A stretch of 64,000 nucleotides of DNA from a candidate division FCPU426 bacterium. Its GTDB lineage: Bacteria > Oederibacteriota > Muellerivitia > Muellerivitales > Muellerivitaceae. Under the pieces are notes generated by a model. That model saw only the letters and a program-made list of their open reading frames with translations. It was not told where the DNA came from and did not search any database. Location of the stretch: assembly GCA_963847625.1 (NCBI GenBank), contig CAWKAR010000033.1, forward strand, positions 74,449 through 138,448, given 5' to 3'. Below are positions 29,961-39,384 of the stretch, in pieces (within the stretch, counting starts at the first letter, position 1; the number at the start of each line of letters is the position of its first letter). A program made the position numbers and the translations under genes.

Positions 29961-30830
29961 TTAAAGCCACTTCAGCAAAAAACACCGGCCCATGGCGCCA
30001 AGAACCGAAAGGCCCTTATCCAATGAAGTCAAGGAAACCCTTCCCTCTAGGATTTTCTGCGGATGAATCCTTAATTGTTGGAAGAGCTTCACGTAAACAG
30101 CGGCAATGGCCTCGGCTGTTTTCAGCTCGCCCCTCTCCCGGGGAGTGAGGACCGCGCGGGCTTTCTCCAAAAAAGACCAGGCCCGGTCCAATTGGAATTC
30201 GATGAAGGAAACCCAATTGGAATCGTTCTCTCCGATCACGGCGGGATTTACATGGAAGCGTTTGAAATCCACTTGGGGGAAATACCGGCGTTTAAGGCCC
30301 GTGTCCTCCAGATAATCCCTCGTGATATTGACCAATTGCAGGAAAACCCCCAGATTTTCCGCGTAGCTGCGGTGGGCGGGGTCCTTGTAACCGAATATTT
30401 CCATGCTGGAAAGGCCTGGACCTCCCGCCACCTTCAAAGCATAGTTGTGGAGTTCCCGGAAGGATTTGAACTGGACGGGCTTCAAATCCATTTCCACCCC
30501 TGAAACAACGCGCCAAAGGGGTTCGGAGGACAGCCTGTGACGGATCACCACTGCCTGAAGCTTTTGGAACAGGGGTTGACCAGCTTTTCCTGCGAGACAA
30601 CCCTTGAGGTCCCGCTTGAAATCCGCCAACTTCTTTCTTTTGATGGGTAACGGGTCGGTTCCATCCGAAATTTCGTCTGCTTCCCAACAAAACCGGTAGA
30701 GGACCTCCATGGCTTCCCTCTTATCCCGGGGAAGAAGGAGCAGGGGCAAATAGAAACTGGTTTTTTTCCGAAGCAAGCCATCCTGGGGATTCACCAATCC
30801 CTCCTCACAGATTCTAAATGACGCGGTCAA
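29961..30830 (-). CDS. hpnD: presqualene diphosphate synthase (squalene/phytoene synthase family)
   Basis: Squalene/phytoene synthase family. It is 289 aa, carries the motif YLPLLLLPRDKREAMEVLYRFCWEADEISD and is adjacent to hpnE. Confidence 0.7.
   Translation of the reverse strand: MTASFRICEEGLVNPQDGLLRKKTSFYLPLLLLPRDKREAMEVLYRFCWEADEISDGTDPLPIKRKKLADFKRDLKGCLAGKAGQPLFQKLQAVVIRHRLSSEPLWRVVSGVEMDLKPVQFKSFRELHNYALKVAGGPGLSSMEIFGYKDPAHRSYAENLGVFLQLVNITRDYLEDTGLKRRYFPQVDFKRFHVNPAVIGENDSNWVSFIEFQLDRAWSFLEKARAVLTPRERGELKTAEAIAAVYVKLFQQLRIHPQKILEGRVSLTSLDKGLSVLGAMGRCFLLKWL
30643..30803. repeat. direct repeat copy 1 (within the hpnD 5' coding end); a near-identical copy lies at 32763..32924
   Basis: A 161-nt segment is repeated 2120 nt away with about 5 mismatches (gggtaacgggtcggttccatccgaaat...caccaatccctcc). 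Confidence 0.85.
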
Positions 30831-30906
30831 AATTAAAGAAAGTAAATTCCTTTTGTTTTAATAAGTTAATTTAAACTTTTTCCAGAAAGTCATTGGACTG
30901 TGTAGT

Positions 30907-32604
30907 TTACCTGTTCAAATGGTATCCGGAGAAAGAAAAACTTCGGTAGGGAGGGATGGCGTTTGGATAATAGGGAAAAGAGTTGATGATGGCCGAATTG
31001 TCCTTCGCTGGCGCAATCGAAGTGCCAGGTATTTCATAATAATAGATGGTTCCTCCCACGTTTCCAGTTGGTCGTAAGCGTCCCACCCAAGGGGATTTTT
31101 TAAAAAAGAGAAAGTCATAATTGAAAGAACCCAGGATAGTGGGGCTCAGAACATAAACTGTTCCCGGCTGGGGCCACGAAAGGTCCCGCTGGGTCCATGG
31201 TTCCCAAGAAAGGCCATAAAAATAAGGGTCCGTCCTCATGCCCGAAATGAACTTCACCTTTTTCCAATCCTTTTGAAGGGCTGTTTCCGCCAGGCGTTTC
31301 ATGTCCTGCCCCAAATTCCAGTCATAGATGTATAAGCAGGAGGTTTTTTGTTCCGTGGTCATGAAGTCGTTGGCGTAGGCAATATGATGAGGAAAATTGC
31401 AAATCGTGGTCAAGGGATGCCAGGCCAGCAAAAGAATCGGAAAAGCCTTAACGATGGCCGAGGAATGGGAACGGAGTGTTTCCCAAAGCCGTTGAAAAAC
31501 CCTGGCCGAGATGAGTATGAGAAAGGGATAAATAGGGAGGGCGTGCCGGATGAGCATGGATTTATCAAGAAAATAAAAAACTGCCAAATAAACAAGGGGT
31601 GGAACCCACAGACAGGGTGGAAGTGAAATTTTCCTCCTTAACACGGCTGCGACTGCCAGGCCAACGAGACAGAAAAATGGAACGGTGTTTTTAAAGAAGA
31701 AATGATAGGGGAAATTGAGGTAGGAACCGTTCGGCCAGAATCTCCCGGCAAAGAAAATTGGATGACTGGAAATGTCCGGTTGAATATCGGCATAAATTTG
31801 CAGGTAATGCAAATAAAAGTGGAGGGGCCAGGGATGGCTGGCCACAAGAATGGTTCCTGGCAGGTACACCAGGGAAACGCTTACGAGAAAACCCAAAAGT
31901 CCGGACAGCCACAGAGGGACCCTTCCGGCCCACTTTTTCCGCCCGCCTTCCGTTTCGCGGCAAAAAAGGATTTCAAGGACCAGAATAGACGGCAGGACCA
32001 ACATGCCGTTGTAACGGGTGGCAGCCGCCAATCCAGCCAGAAGACCCGAAATAAAAAAAGGTAAAATCCGCCCTTTGGGCTGGATCCGGGAAAAATAGAA
32101 CAGGCAAAGGAAAAACCAGAAAACCACAGCGATATCCGTTTTAGCCGTACCGGTAAAGGCCAGAAGATTCGGCTCAAAAGCCCAAAGGACAAGGGCAGCC
32201 GCGCCCTCGACTAATGGGCCGTCACGGACTGTTCGGAAAAGGAGGAAGCCGATCAAAAGCCCCAGCAGCCAATTGATGTTTCGGCTCCAAAAAGTCATGG
32301 CGGTCAGGTGATCGTGATTGTCCATGAAAAGAAACCGTAAGGATCGGTCGACGTATACGGGTGGAAGGGTTGGGTCCAGCTTGAGGTTCATCCCCAGGAG
32401 CGGAAGGGCACAAAGGGCGCCCGGTGCGGTGTTGCCCCAGGGCGTCCAAACGTCACCTGTTTTGAGGTAGTAATAAGATGCCGTGAGTTCCCATTCCTCG
32501 TCCATGACGATGGAATCGCTCCACCAACGGGGAATGATTTGGAGGCTAAAGAAAATGGCGCAAGCGAGAAAACATTTCCAAAGCGTGTTAGATGTTCGGG
32601 TCAT
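30907..32604 (-). CDS. GT-C-fold membrane glycosyltransferase (GT39/ArnT-like, no TPR)
   Basis: Polytopic protein. It has a DEEWE motif in the first extracytoplasmic loop and PLLG..PPVY. I chose the start at ATG 32604 (MTRTSNTLW..). The ORF extends to 32718 through AT-rich sequence that looks intergenic. Confidence 0.65.
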   Translation of the reverse strand: MTRTSNTLWKCFLACAIFFSLQIIPRWWSDSIVMDEEWELTASYYYLKTGDVWTPWGNTAPGALCALPLLGMNLKLDPTLPPVYVDRSLRFLFMDNHDHLTAMTFWSRNINWLLGLLIGFLLFRTVRDGPLVEGAAALVLWAFEPNLLAFTGTAKTDIAVVFWFFLCLFYFSRIQPKGRILPFFISGLLAGLAAATRYNGMLVLPSILVLEILFCRETEGGRKKWAGRVPLWLSGLLGFLVSVSLVYLPGTILVASHPWPLHFYLHYLQIYADIQPDISSHPIFFAGRFWPNGSYLNFPYHFFFKNTVPFFCLVGLAVAAVLRRKISLPPCLWVPPLVYLAVFYFLDKSMLIRHALPIYPFLILISARVFQRLWETLRSHSSAIVKAFPILLLAWHPLTTICNFPHHIAYANDFMTTEQKTSCLYIYDWNLGQDMKRLAETALQKDWKKVKFISGMRTDPYFYGLSWEPWTQRDLSWPQPGTVYVLSPTILGSFNYDFLFFKKSPWVGRLRPTGNVGGTIYYYEIPGTSIAPAKDNSAIINSFPYYPNAIPPYRSFSFSGYHLNR

Positions 32605-32762
32605 ATTTGGATTATATTTGAACGGCAACCGACAGGTATCCTCAACTTGTCTTTTTTTAAAAAAAGTAAAGGGTGTATATTCCGGTTTTTTCGATTCATT
32701 ACCTCTTATATCCACCATGCATCTGGCTCTTGGATGGGTATATATCGATTCACCCTGGGCCT

Positions 32763-32924
32763 ATGGGTAACGGGTCGGTTCCATCCGAAATCTCGTCTGC
32801 TTCCCAACAAAACCGGTAGAGGACCTCCATGGCTTCCTTCTTATCCCGGGGAAGAAAGAGCAGGGGCAAATAGAAACTGGTTTTTTCCGAAGCGAGCCAT
32901 CCTGGGGATTCACCAATCCCTCCC
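32763..32924. repeat. direct repeat copy 2: an orphan fragment of the hpnD 5' end (about 53 codons), not part of an intact gene
   Basis: See copy 1. On the minus strand it encodes ..KTSFYLPLLFLPRDKKEAMEVLYRFCWEADEISDGTDPLP and then diverges. Confidence 0.85.
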
Positions 32925-33342
32925 AAACACTCTTAAATTGGTGATTTAAATTAAAAAAAGATAGCTGAATTCAATCAGTAAGTGCAGCAAGTAGGCGAAA
33001 GACCTGCTCAAGCATTCTGAAACCAAAGCTTTTACAAGGACGGTTATTAAGAATTCATTCCATACGGTGTGCTTTCGCCAGAATTATGGTAGCAAAATAG
33101 GTCTTTTTGGGATAGAAGCGTCAAACCAAATCAGAGGTATTTTCGATAATGCCTTATTCCTAACTTTGGAAAAACACACATAAAAGGAATGGATGCCAAA
33201 TGCAATAATAACTTGTAGATGTTCAAAATTTTGGAGCTGTTATAAAGTGAAATAAGTAGGTGTGGACCTTTTACCAGTGACTAACACAAATTCTCCACGT
33301 TCTTTAATATTCAACGGTCCTGAACTTGATTGAATTACTCAA

Positions 33343-34929
33343 TCAATAGAGCCCAAGTTGCGGGTTGTTTTGGATCCGTTTTTCCAACTCTCCGCCTTTC
33401 CGCACCATAACGAGAAAATGACCGTCCTCTGGATAAGTCTGCCAAACTCTGTATTCTTTCTCAAACCAAGAAGCATTTTCTGGATAGCGTTTTTGATCGA
33501 TAACAACCGCCTCAGGTTTTTTATTCTTCAGATCTGCTTTCAATCGATTTGAAAGTTGGCCAACCATCGGACCTTCCTTTAAAAACCAAGCACAATATGC
33601 GCCGGTTGGAGGATCCCGTCGACTGGCAAAATAAATTCCTAATTCGTTTCCGAAATGGTAAAAAGTTTCTTCTGGAAGCAAAACCTTATCCAGCGCCGTC
33701 CCGAGCCGTTGCGCATCCACAAAGGTCGCTTCGTAACGCTTCGTCGACCATTGATCCGCTGAAAGGAAATAAAAGGGAATTTCATGATAAAGAATCAAAA
33801 GTAACGCGATGGAGGGTAAGAAAAAGGCCCTAGACGTTGAAATCCTCCAAAGCAACGCGGCTGACCATCCCCCGGCCACCATCAAGACAGGAAGGCCTAA
33901 TTGAAAATAATGTGGAAACCAATGACCTGATGCATTGGTTTCAATAAAAACGGCGATACCGTAAGCCACTAAGACTTTCCAATAGGAATAATTCATTTTG
34001 TAAAAGCGGCCTGCTAAGAGGGTGGTCAAAATTAAAAGAGGCCAAAGAATCCACCGGATATCACGGTAAAACATAAGTCCAGGGATCAAACCCTTGGCAA
34101 GATGATGCCAAATACTCCCCGCCAAATAGGAATCGTATGTCACCAATGCATCCCAACAATCTTGAAAACGATTATGGATCGCGAAATAAATGAAAGTGAG
34201 TGCCCAAAATAAAAAAGAAGGAAGAACAAAAAGAATCAGTCTTGGAATATCCAGTTTCCATTTTCGATTTTTCCAAACCGCCAAACCCGACCCCAGGGCC
34301 AATAAAATCGGGAAAATCAGCATGGGATGCTTGTAACAAGCCGACAGGCCCCCAAGAAGACCGATACAACCGCAGCGGACCAACGACATGGGTTTATGAC
34401 CCCAAACCGCCAAGGCGAAAGCGGAAGCCTGCAAGGCAATAACAAACACCTCGGTATTAGGTTCATTGGCCTCCAACATGAGGTCCGTGCACGAGGCGGC
34501 CCAAAACACCGCCGCCCAAAGGCCTCCGACCTCCCCCATGACACGACCCGCGGAATAAACAGCCACTAAGGTAACGCTCGCTGCCAAAAGCCAAAGCAAA
34601 TAAAATTCAAAAGGCCCGTATCCGGCGATTTTTTCTCCCAAAGCATAGGTAATAAAAATGGCTGGCGGTGTGTTAACCCAAAGGTCCGTGAAAAGAAGCC
34701 GCCCCTTCAGCATTTCATGAGCTGTAACCGCATAAATGTGGATATCGCGTTCCATAGGTTCCCGATAGGTGTGAAACCGGGCTGCTGCCATCACCGCCCA
34801 GAGCGCAAACAGGAAAAAAATTGAATAAATCGAAACTTTCCGGGGAGGGCCAGGGTTTTTGGGGGTTTGCGGTCCGATTTCTTCGATGGGGTAACCAGAA
34901 AAGTCTGCAACTCTATGTAACACTTTCAC
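33343..34929 (-). CDS. GT-C-like polytopic membrane protein (528 aa), paralog of 13567..15108
   Basis: Shares RFHTYREPMERDI..DLWVNTPPAIF with the 513-aa protein. More than 10 TM helices. Confidence 0.6.
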   Translation of the reverse strand: MKVLHRVADFSGYPIEEIGPQTPKNPGPPRKVSIYSIFFLFALWAVMAAARFHTYREPMERDIHIYAVTAHEMLKGRLLFTDLWVNTPPAIFITYALGEKIAGYGPFEFYLLWLLAASVTLVAVYSAGRVMGEVGGLWAAVFWAASCTDLMLEANEPNTEVFVIALQASAFALAVWGHKPMSLVRCGCIGLLGGLSACYKHPMLIFPILLALGSGLAVWKNRKWKLDIPRLILFVLPSFLFWALTFIYFAIHNRFQDCWDALVTYDSYLAGSIWHHLAKGLIPGLMFYRDIRWILWPLLILTTLLAGRFYKMNYSYWKVLVAYGIAVFIETNASGHWFPHYFQLGLPVLMVAGGWSAALLWRISTSRAFFLPSIALLLILYHEIPFYFLSADQWSTKRYEATFVDAQRLGTALDKVLLPEETFYHFGNELGIYFASRRDPPTGAYCAWFLKEGPMVGQLSNRLKADLKNKKPEAVVIDQKRYPENASWFEKEYRVWQTYPEDGHFLVMVRKGGELEKRIQNNPQLGLY

Positions 34930-35081
34930 AATTTATCCTTTAAATAAACCTCGCACAACTAAGTGTTCTGGCCAACATTCAACAATTTTTGAATATCACA
35001 TACTTTGAAGTTTTCAAACGATTTGCATTTCCCACCAACGCATTAAACAATATAATTTTGGAAATTCAATACTTACAAGTC

Positions 35082-35954
35082 TTAAGTATTAAAAAGACCG
35101 GAAAAGGTTTTCAAAATTAAAAGTGTTTTATCCAAGGGGTTCAAAACGGGACGACTTTCGAAAACATTGTAGTCCATATCCCGGATTTTATTCAGGGTTC
35201 CTTGGCCGCTCAGGTAAGTGGCCTTCAGTTCCAGCTTCAGGCGTCCGTCGACCGCGGAAAGAAGAGGATAACCCTGGCGGAAATAGTTCTCCGTAAAATC
35301 CACGGCATTTTTCACCAAATACCTGGTACCGTCCGAATTCTTTCCTTTAAAAAAATCCTGTTCCGCCAATCCGGCTTTTTTCCATTCTCTTTTGGGGTAA
35401 TAGATCCGGTCGCGGCGTAAATCTATGGCGGTATCCTGCCAAAAGTTGATGAGTTGCAGACCGCCGCAAATGTAATCCGAGTAACGGTGGAGTTTCTCCT
35501 CGCGGATGCCTGAAATATAAAGCACCATGCGGCCCACGGGATTGGCGCTATGGCGGCAATAATAAAGCAAGGAGTTCCAAGTGGAATACCGGTGGATTCT
35601 CAAGTCCATCCGGTAGGCTTTTAGAAGGCACAAGGGAAGCGATAAGGGTATTTGAAAGGTTTTGATCGTATGGGCGAAGGCCTGGAGGATGGGAGGCGCT
35701 TTCTTGCCCTTCAGGGCGTTTTGAAGCCCCTTTTCCCAACGGTTCAATGCGGAAAGGCGTTTTCCTTCGTAGGCTTCCTCATCAGCGAAGTCATCTGCGG
35801 CGCGGGCAAAAGTGTATAAAGCCGCCACATGGAGACGGCTTTCCCCGGGCAACATCCAGGAAGCCACGGGAAAATTCTCGTAATGGCTTTGGGCCAAGCG
35901 AAGGCATTCCCGGTAGGCCGATTCCAAGCCGGATGGAAAGGTGTATTTCATCAA
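35082..35954 (-). CDS. hpnC: hydroxysqualene synthase (squalene/phytoene synthase family)
   Basis: N-terminal HYENFPVASWMLP...ALYTFARAADDFADE, which is characteristic of HpnC-type squalene synthase-like enzymes. 290 aa. Confidence 0.7.
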   Translation of the reverse strand: MMKYTFPSGLESAYRECLRLAQSHYENFPVASWMLPGESRLHVAALYTFARAADDFADEEAYEGKRLSALNRWEKGLQNALKGKKAPPILQAFAHTIKTFQIPLSLPLCLLKAYRMDLRIHRYSTWNSLLYYCRHSANPVGRMVLYISGIREEKLHRYSDYICGGLQLINFWQDTAIDLRRDRIYYPKREWKKAGLAEQDFFKGKNSDGTRYLVKNAVDFTENYFRQGYPLLSAVDGRLKLELKATYLSGQGTLNKIRDMDYNVFESRPVLNPLDKTLLILKTFSGLFNT

Positions 35955-36220
35955 TCGCCATTATTCAGAAAAATAGGTTGGGGGAGAACTTAAAAAGGAA
36001 AAAACCCTAATAAAACCTTCTTCTGGGAGGCTTACCATCCCACCGAATGGTCCTCTGAGGGGCATTGGAGCCGGTCTGAAAATTCAGGAGAGAGGGGACT
36101 CTTTTTTTGCCATATTCCAAGCCATTTTGAGGGGAATACCTTTCAAAAGCGCAAAAACAAATGGGAAATGGTAAACTTCTTTCCTGTTTGACTACCCCTT
36201 AACTACGGAACTTTTTTGGA

Positions 36221-37303
36221 ATGAATTTCAGCAAATCCTTTTACCTGGGAGCCCTCACTTCCTTCTTCGGATCGATCCTTTTGGCGGAAATCGCTTTAAG
36301 AATGACGGTTCCGGCAGGATTTTGGTACCGTCATTTCGACTTTTCCGGGGATATGACCAGCCTGGCGGAATTAAGGGACCGGCTTCAATATTTTCCCCGG
36401 AAAGAACCCGGTGATAAGCCGATCCTGCTGTTAGGAGACAGTGTTCTGGGAGCCAGCGCCCTGATGGAACACCGTGTTCCCGGCGCCCGGGGAAAAACCC
36501 TTTCAATTTTTTTAAGGGAGGACCTCCAAAGTTCAAATCAGTTCCCCCTGAGCTTGGGCTCCGACGGCCTTTTGCTCCCGGATATCCAAGCCCTGACCCC
36601 CGAGTTACTTCCCTTAAAACTACGCCGTATTCTTCTATTGTTGAACTTCCGGATGTTTTCCCAGGAATTCAATGGAGGCACCAAGGCCCTTTCGCGGTAT
36701 TTTCTCCAGGAGAACCTGCCGCAGGACATACAACAAAGGTTAGGGCAGGATTCCAAAGCGACTCCCGAGACCCGCCTCAGTGATAACCTGTACACCTTCT
36801 TCAGCTGGCATTGGTTCCTGTTCCGGGAAACCCAGATGGCCAAAACCCTTTGGTATTACCCCAGTCAAAAGGATTTCTTCCAGAGGTTTCTGGAAAAGGT
36901 GGTGGGGAAAAACGACACCCAATCGGATATTTTCGAGGCGGCCTTGAAACAAAAGGTGGCATCCTTTTATCAACCTTACCTTTGGGATATCCAGGGACTT
37001 CCCTTCACCAGCTTGAAGGCCATCTTGGACCAGTGGGCAGGACAAAATATTCCCGTACTTGTGGTCATGACTCCGCAAAACAAGAAATTCATGGGAAGTT
37101 ACTTGGATGAGGCCAGTTTCGGGAAAAATCGGAAGATTCTCGCAGCCTTCATGATGCCTTTTGAAAAAAAGGGCATGGTGTATCTGGATTGGGCCGACCA
37201 TTACCCGTCCGCTGATTTCCTCGACCATTGCCATTTGAAACCACAGGGAAACGAGAAATTTGCGATGGAATTGGCCGCGTTGTTAGAAAAGGAACTGCCA
37301 TGA
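36221..37303 (+). CDS. SGNH/GDSL-type hydrolase/acyltransferase-like protein (AlgX/AlgJ/DltD-like) with N-terminal membrane anchor
   Basis: GDS motif (ILLLGDSVLG) and a C-terminal DHCH..G motif resembling the SGNH catalytic Asp/His. Followed by a coupled small peptide and an MBOAT. Confidence 0.55.
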   Translation: MNFSKSFYLGALTSFFGSILLAEIALRMTVPAGFWYRHFDFSGDMTSLAELRDRLQYFPRKEPGDKPILLLGDSVLGASALMEHRVPGARGKTLSIFLREDLQSSNQFPLSLGSDGLLLPDIQALTPELLPLKLRRILLLLNFRMFSQEFNGGTKALSRYFLQENLPQDIQQRLGQDSKATPETRLSDNLYTFFSWHWFLFRETQMAKTLWYYPSQKDFFQRFLEKVVGKNDTQSDIFEAALKQKVASFYQPYLWDIQGLPFTSLKAILDQWAGQNIPVLVVMTPQNKKFMGSYLDEASFGKNRKILAAFMMPFEKKGMVYLDWADHYPSADFLDHCHLKPQGNEKFAMELAALLEKELP

Positions 37304-37422
37304 AGAACACCGATTTCTGGAAGGGGATTGGAATGGGGTTGGTCTTATTCCTTTTGTTCTTGGCGATCCTGTTTTTTTCCGGGGACCTGTCGGCTTCCAA
37401 ATTCATTTACGTGGATTTTTAA
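37300..37422 (+). CDS. 40-aa single-TM peptide translationally coupled between the SGNH and MBOAT genes
   Basis: ATG overlaps the SGNH stop (ATGA). Hydrophobic core GIGMGLVLFLLFLAILFF. Its stop is immediately followed by the MBOAT ATG. Confidence 0.4.
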   Translation: MKNTDFWKGIGMGLVLFLLFLAILFFSGDLSASKFIYVDF

Positions 37423-38625
37423 ATGATATTCAACACCAGCTGGTTCATGCTTTTTTTCTTCGTTTTTTATTTACTCTTGTGGCTGATTCCTCAGGCCCGG
37501 GTGCGTTTTTTTTACCTCCTGGTTTGCAGCTTCATATTCCAGTACCACTTCGCAGGTCCGGCCGGCATCACCCCCATCATCCTGATGGCCATTCTGACTT
37601 ATTTTTTCGGCCTTTGGGTCGGAAGATACCCTAAAGAAAATCCCGCCCGGAAAAAAATATTCATCTTCGGATTGCTGATCCCGGTTATTGGATTAGTTTG
37701 CTATAAGTATCCCTTTTTATTAATAAACTCCGCGGGGTCGGCGATCGGGGGAGGATGGGGGCAATGGATGACCAGCCATGCTTATCAGCCCGCTCTGCCC
37801 CTGGGAATCTCTTTTTTCACCTTCGAATTCGTTCATTACCTGACTGATATTTACCGAGGATCCGAACCAGTAAAAAATCCATTCAAATTCGGGATCTTCT
37901 GCCTTTTTTTCTCCTCGATCGTGGCCGGTCCCATCAAGCGGTACCAGCCTTTCCTTGCCCAAATGGAAGAAGACTTAAACCGGCCTCTTTGGCCTAAGGC
38001 TGTCCTTGGCTTGGCGCAAATGCTGCTGGGTTTTTTCAAGAAACTGGTGATCGCAGATAACGCAACCACTCTCATTCACCTGCTGGAGAAACGCACCGAC
38101 TTGACCTTTGGGCCGGTTTGCCTGCTGATGGCGCTGCTGTCCGTCAGGATTTTATTTGATTTCAGCGGTTATAGCGATATTGCGATCGGCATCGGTAAAA
38201 TGATCGGGCTTGACCTGCCGGTTAATTTCAATTTTCCATACATCTCCCGGAATATTTCCGAGTTCTGGAGGCGCTGGCATATTTCCTTGAGCAGTTGGAT
38301 CCGGGATTACATCTACATTTCTTTAGGTGGCAATCGCCTCGGTTGGGTGAGAAAATTCTTCAACCTCATGGTGACGATGTTCGTTTGCGGTTTATGGCAC
38401 GGAGCCAGCTGGCATTTCGGCCTCTGGGGCCTTTATCATGGAATGGGCTTGGTGCTTCATAATCTCTGGGAAAAATCATCCGTAGGCCGGAAGTGGTTCT
38501 CCTTGGGGCCCAGCCGTTGGGTGGATATCGCGGTGACGAATGTCTTCGTGGCTTACGGCTGGCTTTTATTTTTTTATCCCATGGACCAAGTCGTGAAAAT
38601 CACACGGTATTTATTTCAACTATAA
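37423..38625 (+). CDS. membrane-bound O-acyltransferase (MBOAT; AlgI/DltB/PatA-like)
   Basis: 400 aa and polytopic. It has the conserved MBOAT region RRWHISLSSWIRDYIYISLGGNR...LWHGASW with the invariant His. Confidence 0.8.
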   Translation: MIFNTSWFMLFFFVFYLLLWLIPQARVRFFYLLVCSFIFQYHFAGPAGITPIILMAILTYFFGLWVGRYPKENPARKKIFIFGLLIPVIGLVCYKYPFLLINSAGSAIGGGWGQWMTSHAYQPALPLGISFFTFEFVHYLTDIYRGSEPVKNPFKFGIFCLFFSSIVAGPIKRYQPFLAQMEEDLNRPLWPKAVLGLAQMLLGFFKKLVIADNATTLIHLLEKRTDLTFGPVCLLMALLSVRILFDFSGYSDIAIGIGKMIGLDLPVNFNFPYISRNISEFWRRWHISLSSWIRDYIYISLGGNRLGWVRKFFNLMVTMFVCGLWHGASWHFGLWGLYHGMGLVLHNLWEKSSVGRKWFSLGPSRWVDIAVTNVFVAYGWLLFFYPMDQVVKITRYLFQL

Positions 38626-38697
38626 TTTAAAGGGGAAAGTAAGCGAGCGGGAAAGCTGGGAAAAGGAAATTCAAAAATATCAATTAGGAGGAAAGGC

Positions 38698-39225
38698 ATG
38701 AAAAAGATCATGGTTTTTGGCTTTTTTTTAATAATTTTCTCACCGGTTTTTTCACAAGTTACGCCTGTTCCTACAAACGGAAATCAAGGTTTTTTAATGG
38801 TTTTCACCACCGTTACCCCCACTCCTTGGATCGTCAAGACGTGGAACGAAGCGAAATTGCCCTGGGATGTTTGGTTCAAGAAAAACACCATGGTCACGGA
38901 TAAAACCGATTACGTGCATTTCTTCTGGAATGCGCAAGATTTCAAGGCAAATTTCGAGGGGAAGGAAAAAAAGCTGCGTTTGTCCGAGGCCGCTTTGCAA
39001 TTGGTGAAGCGGCTTTATCCCGGCGACGCCAAGGCGGACTTGGTCAAGGTCGATATTGTTTACGTTTTGGAAAGGGATTCCTATGGCCTGCCTAAGTGGG
39101 ACAGCCTGCAACAGGTCGCCCACATAGAGTTTTTAAAATCCAAGGCTTTGAAATCAACCAAGAAAAAGAAGCGGCTATCGGAAACTGATTTATCCAAGGG
39201 TTTTGACAAATTCGTTATATATTGA
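38698..39225 (+). CDS. secreted hypothetical protein (175 aa) with signal peptide
   Basis: N-terminal MKKIMVFGFFLIIFSPVFSQ signal-like sequence. No recognised domain. Confidence 0.5.
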   Translation: MKKIMVFGFFLIIFSPVFSQVTPVPTNGNQGFLMVFTTVTPTPWIVKTWNEAKLPWDVWFKKNTMVTDKTDYVHFFWNAQDFKANFEGKEKKLRLSEAALQLVKRLYPGDAKADLVKVDIVYVLERDSYGLPKWDSLQQVAHIEFLKSKALKSTKKKKRLSETDLSKGFDKFVIY

Positions 39226-39384
39226 CATTATCCTTCAGCCAAAGAGTAGAGACTGAATCGGAGTTAATGGAAACCCTTTACGCTTTGAGATTTGTGTTTT
39301 CTTGAAATTGATTTTTATTCCGAATAAACTACAAATTCTTCAATACTATCAAGTTCATCGCCAATCAATTTATTTTAGTTTGAA

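Noticed and set aside
32483-32949. Plus-strand ORFs of 95 aa and 136 aa spanning the second repeat copy
   Set aside because: They cover the AT-rich putative 5' region of the GT39-like gene and the hpnD-fragment repeat. There is no RBS, and the content is explained by the antisense of the duplicated hpnD fragment.
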